Part shown: positions 1 to 10,360 of the stretch, piece after piece
Numbering within the stretch: the stretch's first letter is position 1
How the letters are laid out: every line of letters begins with the position of its first letter
Source of the DNA: an uncultured Alphaproteobacteria bacterium
GTDB lineage: Bacteria; Pseudomonadota; Alphaproteobacteria; RF32; CAG-239
NCBI GenBank assembly: GCA_944392155.1
Contig: CALXVR010000002.1
Coordinates: 23,748-87,747, forward strand
Reading direction: 5' to 3'
Length of the DNA: 64,000 bases
Notes under the pieces: model-generated
Told to the model about the DNA's origin: nothing
The model's database searches: none
What the model saw: the letters and a program-made list of their open reading frames with translations, nothing else
Made by a program: the position numbers and the translations under genes

Positions 1-255
1 GTTTTCTGAAGATGAGCTCATGTATAACATGTCTTCAACACCGTTGATTTCTTCTTCCAACGGAATACCGACGGTTTTGGCAATAACCTCTGCGCTGGCT
101 CCCGGATAAGAAGCAGAAACAACGATTTCCGGAGGTGTGATTTCCGGATACAAGGCAATCGGCAAAGAAAATACCGAAATGATACCCGCAAGAGTTAATA
201 CGATGGAGATAACCATCGCAAAGCGCGGGCGCTCAATGAAAATACGGGAAAACAT
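1..255 (-). CDS. RND multidrug efflux permease (AcrB/MexB family), N-terminal part; gene continues beyond the window start
   Basis: Hand translation of the reverse complement from the ATG at 255..253 gives [25 protein letters not shown]...[23 protein letters not shown]...[10 protein letters not shown]. This is collinear with AcrB-type N-termini. The gene lies directly downstream of the adaptor gene. Confidence 0.8.
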   Translation of the reverse strand, partial: MFSRIFIERPRFAMVISIVLTLAGIISVFSLPIALYPEITPPEIVVSASYPGASAEVIAKTVGIPLEEEINGVEDMLYMSSSSEN

Positions 256-258
256 TGT

Positions 259-1437
259 TTATTTGCCCTCCACAGTAACTTTTTCTGAATTGTTGGCAAT
301 CTCACCAACTTGAACTTTTTGGCCGTTGCTTACTTTTTGCAAGCCTTGGATGATGACACGTTCATCGGCTTTTAAGCCATCTAACACAATTTGCTTATCT
401 TCCAAGGTGTCTCCCATAACAACGCGTCTTTCATAGGCAATGTTGTCGTCACCTACAACCATAACATAGTTACCATGTTTGTCTTGAGCAACTGAGGCTT
501 GCGGTACCAGAATAGCCATTTTATCTTCTTTATTACCCAAACGGATGTCTACATAGTTGCCGGGGATTAAAAGATTGTCTTTGTTGTTGTATTCAGCATA
601 GACCGCGATGGTGGCTGTGTCTGAGTTGATTTCGTTGTCATTAAAACGAGATTTTAGGTGATTAACCAAGACTTTGCCGTTTGGCAAAACAATCTCTGTT
701 TTAATAGAATCGCTGCCTTGAGACATGCGTTGTTCACGCATATTCAAGAAATCCTTATCGGCAACGGAAAAGGCAACACGAATCGGGTCTACTTGTACAA
801 TACGTGCCAAGTTTTGGGTTGTGGAGTTAACATAGTTACCTTCCGTTACCAAAGCTTTACCGATATAACCGGTTATCGGAGCCTTGATTTCGGTATAACC
901 CATATCAATTTTGGCCAGTTCCAGATTTGCTTCAGCTTGAGCAACGGCGGCTTTGGCTTGCAGGTAGTTGCTCTCAGATGTATCCAAAGTGGCTTTGGAG
1001 GCATAGTTTTGACTGCTTAATGATTTTTGACGTTTGTAGTCTCTCTCGGCTCTGACCAGGTTAGCCTTTGCGCTGTCTAATTCTGCTTCACGCAGTTCAA
1101 CAGTTGCCATATAGCGCTTTTGTTCAATGACAAACAAAATGTCTCCTTCGTTGACTAAAGAACCCTCTTGGAACAATACTTTTTCTACATAGCCGGTAAC
1201 TTGCGGGCGTAAGTCAACAGATTTAATAGCTTCAACATGACCGATATAGCTTCTCTTGGGAGAGATATTTTGTTGTTGAACTTTTTGAACCAGCACATAT
1301 GGGTCGCCGCCACCGGCTCCCATCATGGGCATTTGAGGTGTCAGACGGCTTTTTAAAAACCAGCCTGCACCAACGCATAAAAGCAAAATTGCAGTTTGTT
1401 TTAGAATTTTTCTATTACTTACTTTACCTAGTTTCAT
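259..1437 (-). CDS. RND efflux periplasmic adaptor (membrane-fusion protein, AcrA/HlyD family)
   Basis: 392-aa ORF with an N-terminal membrane anchor, a coiled-coil hairpin (QAKAAVAQAEANLELAKIDMGYTEIKAPITG) and a beta-barrel tail. It lies between a TetR regulator gene and an AcrB-like pump gene. Confidence 0.85.
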   Translation of the reverse strand: MKLGKVSNRKILKQTAILLLCVGAGWFLKSRLTPQMPMMGAGGGDPYVLVQKVQQQNISPKRSYIGHVEAIKSVDLRPQVTGYVEKVLFQEGSLVNEGDILFVIEQKRYMATVELREAELDSAKANLVRAERDYKRQKSLSSQNYASKATLDTSESNYLQAKAAVAQAEANLELAKIDMGYTEIKAPITGYIGKALVTEGNYVNSTTQNLARIVQVDPIRVAFSVADKDFLNMREQRMSQGSDSIKTEIVLPNGKVLVNHLKSRFNDNEINSDTATIAVYAEYNNKDNLLIPGNYVDIRLGNKEDKMAILVPQASVAQDKHGNYVMVVGDDNIAYERRVVMGDTLEDKQIVLDGLKADERVIIQGLQKVSNGQKVQVGEIANNSEKVTVEGK

Positions 1438-2059
1438 TGTCTGACCTTTCGTCTTTTAGAGCTTTTATTATTAAGTCAAATCCGTTTAAAAAGAGTTTAG
1501 GAAAATCAACCCATGATTTTCTGCAAATGGCATAAGAAAGCATTCCTTGCCATAGGCTGAAGATGCATACAGCTGTTTCATTAATGTTTATTTTTTCAGA
1601 AATTTCGCCGCTTTTTTGAGAGTTGGTTAATGCTTGAGTTATAATGTTTATCGGAAAGTCGCGAATCTCTTTGACAGCGGAACCGATATGTAAAAACAAG
1701 GATTCAGACCACTCCATTTGAAACAGCATAAAAAATAAAAACTTGCGATAATTGGGAACATCTCGCACAATTTCTGCCAAGCACTTAAAATGTGTACGCA
1801 AATCTGCCAGATTGTTTACTTCCGGGATCTTTTCGGTTATGGCGTTGTTTGTGCGATTGAATGCTTCGGTTATAAGAGCCGTGATGATGTCTGGTTTGTT
1901 GCGAAAATGCCAATATACAGCTCCCTTGGTTAGGTTGATGCGCTTGGCGATCTCGTCAAATGTGGTTTTGGAGTAGCCTTTTTCGCAAAAAATATCTAAT
2001 GCAGAATATAAGATATCCTGCCTTGTTTGCTCGGCTTCTTCTTTGGTTCTTCTTGGCAT
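1424..2059 (-). CDS. TetR/AcrR family transcriptional regulator
   Basis: 211-aa ORF with the N-terminal HTH TTFDEIAKRINLTKGAVYWHFRNK. It overlaps the adaptor gene by 14 nt. Confidence 0.85.
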   Translation of the reverse strand: MPRRTKEEAEQTRQDILYSALDIFCEKGYSKTTFDEIAKRINLTKGAVYWHFRNKPDIITALITEAFNRTNNAITEKIPEVNNLADLRTHFKCLAEIVRDVPNYRKFLFFMLFQMEWSESLFLHIGSAVKEIRDFPINIITQALTNSQKSGEISEKININETAVCIFSLWQGMLSYAICRKSWVDFPKLFLNGFDLIIKALKDERSDNETR

Positions 2060-2160
2060 AGTACCTCTATTATATTCAAATTACATATATACTTTCCGGT
2101 AGGTATGTATAATAAATCGTTAATTTTTGCAAGTTTTTTTTGATAAAAAATTTGCACTTG

Positions 2161-3765
2161 TTAATTTTTTTTGCAAGAGGCAAAAATATCTAAGTTTGGG
2201 TTGTAAATGTTGGTTTTTATGCCAGCAAGACCTAAAGCCGAATGGAACAAGTTATCATGAGAGTGAGGTTTTTTTGCGGCTTTTTTTAGGCAGGCAATAT
2301 CGACGCCGAAAGCTTTTGCCGAATCTTGAGGAAGCCAGATAAGCATCGGAATATCTTTTTGATAATCCGGTGCCGTATCATAAGGTTGGGCATGTAGATA
2401 GATGCCTTTTTCGCCCAGAGATTCTCCGTGATCTGAGGCATAAATCAGCGCAACATTATATTCATCTGAGAGTTTGTTTAATTCATCCATAATCTTACTC
2501 AAGAATATGCTGGTATAGTAAACCGTATTATCATAAACATTAATGAGCTCTTCTTTGGTGCAACTGCTTAAGTTTTCGGTTGTGCAGACAGGCGACCATT
2601 GTTCTGTTTCTTTGGGATAATGTTCAAAGTATGCAGGACCATGGCTGCCGGTTTGGTGCATGACAACAAAAGTGTTTTCCTTGTTTTGTTGTATTTTTTC
2701 AGCAAAATTTCTAAGCAAAATTTCATCGAGGCAAGTTTTCTTGGTGCAAAAATCTTCAATTTCTACTCTGTCGCAATTGTTTTTGCAGCCGGTATTATTT
2801 TCACGCCACAAAACTTTGTATCCGCTTTTATCTAATATATCCAGCATGTTTTCAGTGTATTCTTCCGTGCCGATTTTGAAATCTTTACGCTCATAGGGAG
2901 AAAACATGCAGGGGAGAGCAACGGCGGTTGATGTTCCGCAAGCTGTGGCATCTGAGTAATAAACAATATCTGACAAATGTTTATTGAGCGGCGCATTGGT
3001 CGGACGCTCATAACCACCTAAAGAAAAATTTGCGGCGCGCGCTGTTTCCCCAACAACAAAAACGAATAAGTTTTTCTTTTCGTTGGTCCAATACTTATCT
3101 AATTTGGCATCGGGCGCAACAACGACAAAAGGATGATTTGATTTGCGGCGCATTTTTGCAACGGATAGACCGGCTCCGATGTAGTTTACGGGAGATAAAT
3201 AATATTTTGTATCTCTGTGATTGTGAAAAACATCATCTGTAGTTTGGTAGCCGCTTAGCATAATTATTCCGCAAAGAATCGCTGCACTGAGAATTATTTT
3301 GACGGCGCTGATAAATTCAGATTTAAAGTTTCCGTAATTTATTTGGGTTTTGAATATCAGGCAGCTCGGAAGTATGCCGAACAGAAGAAAGTAAATCAGC
3401 ATTCTGAAACTGAGCAAATCTTGAACCTCATAAACGTCTGTCTGGATTACATTTAAGAGCATTACTTTATCAATTGGGGTGTTGTAGCTAACCATGAAAT
3501 ATAGGACAAAAGAGTTAATGATACACAACAGTATGCTTAGAGGTTTGGCGCTATATTTGTTAAATAGTAAAGTAGTGCTTATGCAAAATAGTAAAAATAC
3601 ACAAAGCAGACCACAAATGATGAATAACACAGAAGGTTTAATCATCCAGAGTTTTTGGGCAAAGGGAATATTGTATGCGAGAAGTAGAAATCCCGAAAAT
3701 ATAAAGTTAAATTTTGTTCCGGAAAGGTTAAACCATGCGGCTTTTGATTTTAGTCCATTGAACAT
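2161..3765 (-). CDS. Phosphoethanolamine transferase (EptA/LptA-like, sulfatase superfamily)
   Basis: 534 aa. About five N-terminal TM helices are followed by a sulfatase-type domain with VVGETARAANFSLGGYERPTN and HQTGSHGPAYF, as in lipid A PEtN transferases. Confidence 0.8.
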   Translation of the reverse strand: MFNGLKSKAAWFNLSGTKFNFIFSGFLLLAYNIPFAQKLWMIKPSVLFIICGLLCVFLLFCISTTLLFNKYSAKPLSILLCIINSFVLYFMVSYNTPIDKVMLLNVIQTDVYEVQDLLSFRMLIYFLLFGILPSCLIFKTQINYGNFKSEFISAVKIILSAAILCGIIMLSGYQTTDDVFHNHRDTKYYLSPVNYIGAGLSVAKMRRKSNHPFVVVAPDAKLDKYWTNEKKNLFVFVVGETARAANFSLGGYERPTNAPLNKHLSDIVYYSDATACGTSTAVALPCMFSPYERKDFKIGTEEYTENMLDILDKSGYKVLWRENNTGCKNNCDRVEIEDFCTKKTCLDEILLRNFAEKIQQNKENTFVVMHQTGSHGPAYFEHYPKETEQWSPVCTTENLSSCTKEELINVYDNTVYYTSIFLSKIMDELNKLSDEYNVALIYASDHGESLGEKGIYLHAQPYDTAPDYQKDIPMLIWLPQDSAKAFGVDIACLKKAAKKPHSHDNLFHSALGLAGIKTNIYNPNLDIFASCKKN

Positions 3766-3786
3766 TAGTCGTCTCTCTTTTGGTTT

Positions 3787-4512
3787 TTAGAAAAGTTCAC
3801 CTTGATGATTGTCGTTTAAAACGGATAGAGCCTCTTTAACAATGGGGATACTTATGGCTCTTTTCCTTGCTAAAGAAATGTTGTCAATTTCTTCAACTAA
3901 CTTACGCGCATAAGCGTAAGAGCGTTGCATATTTGCGATGATATAATTTAGGACCTCTTGGGAAATAATAACCTGACGATCTGTAAATAATTTGACTATC
4001 AGAGCTTGTAAAAGTTCATCGTCGGGTTCCTTGATTTCAATAGAGGGAATGATGTTTAATCTTGAACGTAAGTCGGGCAGAGGGATATTCAGTCTTGCCG
4101 GAGCGACTTCCGAGGTAAATAAAATAAAACCATTTTCGTTTCTATATTGATTGTATAAATGGAACATTGCCTCATAATTGATGTTGTCGTTTAAGTCCTC
4201 AACAATCAGGCAAGGATGTTGTTCAAACAGGCGTAGAGTTTCGGGCTTGACATCAGAAGCTCTAACTTGCGGTATTTTATACGGAAAATGGGTCTTAACC
4301 GAAACATTGTCGGCAAACATATGAGCCAAATGGGTTTTGCCGCAACCTTCAGGTCCATACAAACAGATGGCAAAAAACGGCCAATTCGGCCAGCTTTCCA
4401 CATAAGAAAAAGCTTCGGCGTTGCAAGAGGCTACCATAAAATCCTCTTTGCCGAGGTATGGTTGATGCTCAAAGCTGAAAGATAACTGTTCTATGTTCGT
4501 GTTCTTATTCAT
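3787..4512 (-). CDS. hdaA: DnaA-related AAA+ protein (HdaA-like regulatory inactivator of DnaA)
   Basis: 241 aa with Walker A GPEGCGKTHL. It has a DnaA domain III-like layout without the DNA-binding domain. Size and architecture match alphaproteobacterial HdaA. Confidence 0.65.
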   Translation of the reverse strand: MNKNTNIEQLSFSFEHQPYLGKEDFMVASCNAEAFSYVESWPNWPFFAICLYGPEGCGKTHLAHMFADNVSVKTHFPYKIPQVRASDVKPETLRLFEQHPCLIVEDLNDNINYEAMFHLYNQYRNENGFILFTSEVAPARLNIPLPDLRSRLNIIPSIEIKEPDDELLQALIVKLFTDRQVIISQEVLNYIIANMQRSYAYARKLVEEIDNISLARKRAISIPIVKEALSVLNDNHQGELF

Positions 4513-4525
4513 ACAAATCCATATA

Positions 4526-7177
4526 TCAGTTTTTACTTAAGACATCAAAAACTTTTTTAGTTAAGTCACCAAGACTGAAGGGTTTGGCTAAAAAGTCGAA
4601 GTCTTGGGAGCCGGCTAATTCTCTCCTGGCGATTTCTTCAGAATAACCAGATGCCAATATAATTTTTATGTTTGGAATCTGTTCTCGGACTTTTCCTGCC
4701 AATTCGGCGCCGTTCATTCCGGGCATAACCATATCGGTTATTAAGAGACCAAAGTTTTTGTCTTGCGCCAATTGTTCTAACGCATTCTCTGCCGAATTGC
4801 AAGCGACAACCTCAAATCCTTTTTTCTTTAAGGCTCTGACGCCAAAGGAACGAACAGAATCTTCGTCTTCCACAAACAAAATTCGCGTTGAAGATGCATT
4901 AGGATTTTCTTTTACGCCTCTGTCTATTGCGGAGACATTTAGACCAAAAATGAGTTTTTGATTGACGGCGACGGGAGATGATATTCTTTCTTGTACGGTA
5001 ATGATGGGGGAGCCGTCTTTGGCTACAATATTTTCTGTTTGCGGCAGCTGTTTCTCTTCATCTTCTTCTGCCAGAGATTCAAAACGCGGCAGATGAATGG
5101 AGAAGGTTGTTCCGACACCGACTTTGCTGTCGACTTTGATAAAGCCTTCGGTTTGACGAACAATACCATAGACCATGGCTAAGCCTAATCCGGTTCCTGA
5201 GCCTACGACATTTTGTTTTGTTGAGAAGAAAGGTTCAAAAATGCGGGTTAGATTTTCCGGTGGAATACCGCAGCCCGTGTCTTTAACATCTATAACCACA
5301 AACTCTCCGGGTTTTATGGTGTCTGCTCCGAATTGATATGGTTCATTGAGGCTTTCGACATGAGTAGCGATGCTTAATCTTCCGTTACCGTTCATGGCAT
5401 CTTTGGCGTTGACGGCCAAATTGATAATAACTTGTGAAAATTGGACAGGGTCTACTCTTATGTAGCCCAAATCCGCTCCGTGGTAAAATTCCAAGACAAT
5501 TTGTTCGCCTAAGATGCGTTTAAGCATATGGCTTAATTCAACGAAGTTTTCCGTGACATCTATTAGCTTTGGTTTGAGCGGTTGTTTGCGTGAAAATGCT
5601 AAAAGTTGACGGACCAAGCCAGCGGCTCGATTGGCATTTTGTTTGATTTGGATTAAATCCGTAAATGAAGGGTCGCCTACACCGTGTCTTTGTAGCAGCA
5701 AATCGCAGAAGCCTATCATGGCGGTTAAGAGGTTGTTGAAGTCGTGAGCGACACCTCCGGCAAGTTGTCCCATGGCTTGCATTTTTTGAGCTTGAGCAAA
5801 TTGCATTTCCAAAGTTTTTTGTTTGGTTGCATCAATCATATACAGAACAATGCCATCTATCTCGCTAATGTCGAAAGAATAGAATTTGCGCATCGGGCTG
5901 ATGTAGAGCTGAATAATATGTTCTTCTTGACCTAGGTTGATATGGACATCTAAAGAATCGGATGTGGTTACGGCAGCGTAAATTGCTGCAAATTTTTTCT
6001 CTAATGCGTTTCGGTCTTCTTCTTTAATGTAGTCAAAAATGCTCCTTTGTAGGATATTTTCTTTTCCTGATTTTAAGAAGTTTTTGACTTTGGCGTTGCA
6101 ATCCGTGATTCTGCCTTCTTTGTTGATAAAGATAATTCCGACAGGAGCGGCGTTAAACAGCCAACTGATTTTATCAAGGCAAGAACTCAGTTCTTTTTTT
6201 ACGTCTCTGTCTGACGGAATTCCGGCTATGGCGGCTCCTCTGATTTTGTATTCTTTATTGCTGCGGAAGCTTTCCTGAACGACAAAACATTCTGTTGTTT
6301 CTTGTGCGCTATTTATAAAATATTGTCGTCCTGACCAAGTTGTGTTTTGCGGAGCGTCCTGATTTTCTGCAAGGTATTTGCGGAAGTCCGTGCCAATTAT
6401 GTCTTCTCTGGGCTTGCCGGCCAGATTAGCAAAGGCATGGTTGGCATATTCAATTTCAAAATCTTTGGTACAGGTATAAAGTCCGACAGGGAGGTAGTCT
6501 AGAAAATCGTGTAGATTTTGGCGCTCTTCCTGAAAAATGCGTTCCATGTTTTTCGTAGCTGTAATATCTTGGAAGTTCCAATATAAATAGGTATCTTTTT
6601 TTATGGCCTTGATAGAGAAGGGGCCTTCAAAAATATCGGCTTTTTTTAGAAATATTGGTTTAACAGAAATGTCAAACCATTCTTCCTCGGCAAAGACTTT
6701 ATCTGTTTCGTGGTGAAGGTTGAGACCGAGAGTAACTCTTTCTGATGCTAAATTATGGCAAGCGGTTTGTAAGCGATAGAAAGCCGCTTTATTATTACGG
6801 TTTTCACTGAGTTGCTTTTCTAAATAATCCAGAATCGGTTCGTTTTTTAGAAGTTCTTTGGCAACATCGTTTTGTATGACCGGCTCTCCGTTTGCGTTAT
6901 CTATGCGACGGGCCTTGAAGTCGTTTTTTATTATTTCATTGGCAAAGCCGCCGTAACTGATGGCTTCTTCTCCGGCTTGGAGTGTTTTGAGTGTCAGTGC
7001 TATGCATAAAATGCTTAAAATAAGCATGCAAATGACCGAATATATGTAATATTCGGGGTAAAGCATAAACAAAATTATTGATATGCTTAGGATTATTAAA
7101 GTATAGGCCAGCTGCAATAGTCTTTTTTGCAGAAGTTTATCTGGTCTGTGGGTTTTTAAGCTGCATAACATATCCAA
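4526..7177 (-). CDS. Hybrid sensor histidine kinase/response regulator (CckA-like)
   Basis: 883 aa. It has N-terminal TM helices, PAS-like segments, the H-box GGVAHDFNNLLTAMIGF, HATPase motifs (DTGCGI, GTGLGL) and a C-terminal receiver (ILFVEDED...TDMVMPGMNG). The true start is uncertain because the ORF overlaps the flhB 3' end by 41 nt. Confidence 0.85.
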   Translation of the reverse strand: MDMLCSLKTHRPDKLLQKRLLQLAYTLIILSISIILFMLYPEYYIYSVICMLILSILCIALTLKTLQAGEEAISYGGFANEIIKNDFKARRIDNANGEPVIQNDVAKELLKNEPILDYLEKQLSENRNNKAAFYRLQTACHNLASERVTLGLNLHHETDKVFAEEEWFDISVKPIFLKKADIFEGPFSIKAIKKDTYLYWNFQDITATKNMERIFQEERQNLHDFLDYLPVGLYTCTKDFEIEYANHAFANLAGKPREDIIGTDFRKYLAENQDAPQNTTWSGRQYFINSAQETTECFVVQESFRSNKEYKIRGAAIAGIPSDRDVKKELSSCLDKISWLFNAAPVGIIFINKEGRITDCNAKVKNFLKSGKENILQRSIFDYIKEEDRNALEKKFAAIYAAVTTSDSLDVHINLGQEEHIIQLYISPMRKFYSFDISEIDGIVLYMIDATKQKTLEMQFAQAQKMQAMGQLAGGVAHDFNNLLTAMIGFCDLLLQRHGVGDPSFTDLIQIKQNANRAAGLVRQLLAFSRKQPLKPKLIDVTENFVELSHMLKRILGEQIVLEFYHGADLGYIRVDPVQFSQVIINLAVNAKDAMNGNGRLSIATHVESLNEPYQFGADTIKPGEFVVIDVKDTGCGIPPENLTRIFEPFFSTKQNVVGSGTGLGLAMVYGIVRQTEGFIKVDSKVGVGTTFSIHLPRFESLAEEDEEKQLPQTENIVAKDGSPIITVQERISSPVAVNQKLIFGLNVSAIDRGVKENPNASSTRILFVEDEDSVRSFGVRALKKKGFEVVACNSAENALEQLAQDKNFGLLITDMVMPGMNGAELAGKVREQIPNIKIILASGYSEEIARRELAGSQDFDFLAKPFSLGDLTKKVFDVLSKN

Positions 7178-8213
7178 TTACCTCGGCTACGGCCTTGAAA
7201 TGTTCGGCCGGAATTGACTGATCCAGTTCTACTGATGCGAATAATGCACGCGCCAGCGGTGGATTTTCTACAATCGGGATTTCGTGTTCTTCGGCTATTT
7301 CGCGAATGCGTAGAGCCAGATTGTCCAAACCTTTGGCAACAACCACCGGAGCATCCATTGTTTCCATTTTATATTCTAGTGCAACGGCATAGTGCGTCGG
7401 GTTGACGATAACTACATCGGCACGAGGAACGGCATCCATCATGCGGTGACGGGCTCTTTCCATACGAACTTGTCGGATGCGCGATTTGACCAAGGGGTCA
7501 CCTTCCATTTGTTTATATTCGTCTTTGACTTCTTGCTTGGTCATTCGTAGTTTTTTCAAATGTTGGTATTTTTGGTAAGCATAGTCGGCAACAGCAATAA
7601 CAAAAACAGCTATAACTACGGTGAAAATTAGGACGACGACGACTTTGTGAATGAAAGATAAAATAGCCATAACATCCATTTCAGGCATTAGGTTTACTTT
7701 TTCTAAATAAGGTCTTAAAACCAGAACCCCGATAAAAGCAATAACCGTAATTTTAATGATGCCTTTTAAGCTTTCTACGATTTTTTTCATATTAATAAAT
7801 TGGGTGAGTGCCGCAAAAATATTGAGTTTGTTCCAATTGGGTTCAAGTTTTTTCGGGGCATAAACAAAGCCTGTTTGTGCGACACTTGCGAAGATTCCCA
7901 AAAGCATAAATATGGCAAAAGGGATTCCTAAGATTTTGATAAGGGCCATAACACATTCATACATTAATAAACGAAGATGTCTGCCGTCTGTGGGAATGGC
8001 TTCAGGTGTTTCTATAAAACGCAGTGAAAAAATATAAAACCATTTGAACATTAGGGGTAATATCAGCCATATTACAAAAAGCATACCAATAAGCATAATG
8101 AAGCTTTTGGCATCTTGAGAGATGGCAATGTCGCCTTCTTCTTTGGCTTTGCTGATTTTTCGTTCCGACGGTTCTTCTGTCTTTGAGGATTCATCATCAT
8201 CTTCGGCTATCAT
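7137..8213 (-). CDS. flhB: Flagellar export apparatus protein FlhB
   Basis: 358 aa with four TM helices and a cytoplasmic domain carrying the NPTH autocleavage motif (VIVNPTHYAVAL). It follows fliR and fliQ. Confidence 0.9.
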   Translation of the reverse strand: MIAEDDDESSKTEEPSERKISKAKEEGDIAISQDAKSFIMLIGMLFVIWLILPLMFKWFYIFSLRFIETPEAIPTDGRHLRLLMYECVMALIKILGIPFAIFMLLGIFASVAQTGFVYAPKKLEPNWNKLNIFAALTQFINMKKIVESLKGIIKITVIAFIGVLVLRPYLEKVNLMPEMDVMAILSFIHKVVVVLIFTVVIAVFVIAVADYAYQKYQHLKKLRMTKQEVKDEYKQMEGDPLVKSRIRQVRMERARHRMMDAVPRADVVIVNPTHYAVALEYKMETMDAPVVVAKGLDNLALRIREIAEEHEIPIVENPPLARALFASVELDQSIPAEHFKAVAEVIGYVMQLKNPQTR

Positions 8214-8216
8214 TTT

Positions 8217-8987
8217 TTAGCTCCCTGATGTAAATTTAATAAGACCGTCTTCATAGTATTTGGTGAACCAAAGAATCATTATTGGGGTTGTTAAAAATAA
8301 TAAGCCCAAACCCAAGTAGATTTGCAACGGTAAGGATAAAAAGAATATGTTTAATTGCGGCATTAGTCTTGAAACCAAGCCCATGCCGACATAAAAAACA
8401 ATTGAGAAAGCAATAAAAGGAGAGGCGATTTTAAAACCGATGATGAAACTTTTGTTGACTGTTTGGCTTAAAAAATCAGAGAAATCCGCAACAGGTAATG
8501 CGGCGCCGACCGGAAAAAGTTTATAACTATCAATGACGGCAGAAAGCATTAAGTGGTGCAGGTCCGTGACAAAAATGATGGTTAAGGCTATCAGGCTTAA
8601 AAAGGTTTCTATGACGATGCTTTGGTTTTGAAAGGTGGGGTCGAAGCTTTGTGCGTTTGAAAAGCTGATTGCTTGTCCGGCAAAGTTTCCGATCAAACTT
8701 AGGGCTGAGTACATTATCTGCATGTATATTCCCATAAATACACCATAGATGATTTCAAACAATGCAATACGCAAAAATTCTAAAAAGTCTGTCGGTGCGG
8801 GGGGGAGATAACCACTTAAAAACGGGACTAAAACAACAGTCACTGCCAAGGCTATGGAAAGTCTTTGTCTTTCCGTAACGTAAGAGACCGCAAAGCCCGG
8901 CATTGCAACCATCGCCGAGCCTATTCTCAAAAAGACAAATATAAACTGGTATATTTCCAAGTTAAGCAGTTGAGTCATTTGTATCAT
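8217..8987 (-). CDS. fliR: Flagellar export apparatus protein FliR
   Basis: 256-aa polytopic membrane ORF positioned between fliQ and flhB. Confidence 0.85.
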   Translation of the reverse strand: MIQMTQLLNLEIYQFIFVFLRIGSAMVAMPGFAVSYVTERQRLSIALAVTVVLVPFLSGYLPPAPTDFLEFLRIALFEIIYGVFMGIYMQIMYSALSLIGNFAGQAISFSNAQSFDPTFQNQSIVIETFLSLIALTIIFVTDLHHLMLSAVIDSYKLFPVGAALPVADFSDFLSQTVNKSFIIGFKIASPFIAFSIVFYVGMGLVSRLMPQLNIFFLSLPLQIYLGLGLLFLTTPIMILWFTKYYEDGLIKFTSGS

Positions 8988-9250
8988 CCACCGTTTACTA
9001 TTTTATCAAATAAGGTTTCAGATAACATACGCATTTGATTGAGCATAAAAGGAAATAGCAAAATCAGGGTGAAAAAGACACCTAATATTTTTGGAACAAA
9101 GGCTAAAGTCATTTCCTGAATTTGGGTCAGAGCTTGGAAAATACCGATAATTAAACCAATGAACAAGGCAACCAGCAATGCGGGAGAAACTACTTTAATC
9201 AGCGTGAAAACGGCTTCACGGGATATGTCTAAAACTTCTATTTCGTTCAT
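8984..9250 (-). CDS. fliQ: Flagellar export apparatus protein FliQ
   Basis: 88 aa with two TM helices. The size is typical of FliQ, and it overlaps fliR by 4 nt. Confidence 0.85.
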   Translation of the reverse strand: MNEIEVLDISREAVFTLIKVVSPALLVALFIGLIIGIFQALTQIQEMTLAFVPKILGVFFTLILLFPFMLNQMRMLSETLFDKIVNGG

Positions 9251-9253
9251 TTG

Positions 9254-10360
9254 TTACTCCAGCGGGGTTTGTTTTTCAAAATAGGTGTGGTTTTCGATAC
9301 CGGTAAGGAAAGCGCCGTCATAGCCGCTTTCAACAATTCCTTTAAAATATAATCCGTTCAGGTGACGCCAGGTGTTGTTCCAATACTGGGTTATAACGGC
9401 ATTCTTATCTGTGAAAGAAGCTCTGGCAAGCCATGGAGTTTTTTCTATTTCCCAATCATCTTGCCAGTAGTAGTCATCTTGGTCAGCTTCGCTGACGTTT
9501 ATCTTTGCAAAGATGAGCCTCTTAGCTCCGTTCTTTTTGAATTTTAGGCTTTCTACATCTTCTTTGCTATAAGGTTTTTCGTGATGAAAAAACGGATCTA
9601 TGACAACAATGTCATAATTCGAATCTCTGATATCTTGTAAGAATCGTTCTTTTTCTTTGTATAGACTATCATCAATAAGCAAGGAGATGTTTTCAGCATC
9701 TGCTACTTTGAAAATGTTTTTTGCATTTTCATTAATAATCGGTTGTTTCTTTATTTTTTTGAAAGCAGCATCAGGTTTGATGAATGCATAGAGCAGGTAG
9801 TTTAGTCCCGTTGCGTTCATTGCGGCTTCGTCAAAAGCAGCTTCGGTTTTGCAATGATCTATGGATATGAGTTTAAGATTATGTTTTTTTATGTGTTCAT
9901 TGAGGACATGTTTGCCGCAAAAACGATTATTGATGGCCAGACCACTTATGCTCTTTCCATATTTTTCGGAAGATAAAGAGTAGTCTTTTTCTGGTGTGGT
10001 TTGTTTTAGATGAACCAGAAAAACAGGATCATCCGCATTTAAGCCTTTTTTGCGAGCCTCGTTGTAGCCGTCTAGATGATATTCCCATAAGCTTTTGTGC
10101 AAAAGCTCTTCGCCCTCATGTGCTATAAGCTCAAAGTTTTTGTTTTCGGCTTTGGCAAATTCTGCCAGGGCGATGATGTTTTCTCTCATCGCTTCACGAT
10201 AGTTGATAATAGTTTTGGGGGCAACTTTGAAGTCTAAAATTTGCTCTTCATAAGTATAAGGGTTGGCAAAAGTAAAACCGTATAAACCATCAGCCGCACT
10301 TGCCGAAGTGGCAAGTGCGTTGATTGAAATGGTTAATATGAGTTTTTTAAGTAATGACAT
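9254..10360 (-). CDS. Secreted protein, putative TIM-barrel glycoside hydrolase (MJ1477/TM1410 / GH114-like family)
   Basis: 368 aa with a signal peptide (…NALATSASA). The C-terminal pattern IVVIDPFF...EDVESLK...INVSEADQDDYYWQDDW...TQYWNNTW...GYDGAFL resembles that family. Confidence 0.45.
   Translation of the reverse strand: MSLLKKLILTISINALATSASAADGLYGFTFANPYTYEEQILDFKVAPKTIINYREAMRENIIALAEFAKAENKNFELIAHEGEELLHKSLWEYHLDGYNEARKKGLNADDPVFLVHLKQTTPEKDYSLSSEKYGKSISGLAINNRFCGKHVLNEHIKKHNLKLISIDHCKTEAAFDEAAMNATGLNYLLYAFIKPDAAFKKIKKQPIINENAKNIFKVADAENISLLIDDSLYKEKERFLQDIRDSNYDIVVIDPFFHHEKPYSKEDVESLKFKKNGAKRLIFAKINVSEADQDDYYWQDDWEIEKTPWLARASFTDKNAVITQYWNNTWRHLNGLYFKGIVESGYDGAFLTGIENHTYFEKQTPLE

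Noticed and set aside
2161-3765. EptA-like gene as a mobile colistin-resistance (mcr) determinant.
   Set aside because: It sits in a co-directional housekeeping string (hdaA upstream, the efflux operon's TetR gene downstream) with no mobile-element features. It is most likely an intrinsic lipid A/LOS modifying enzyme, and the phenotype cannot be inferred from sequence.
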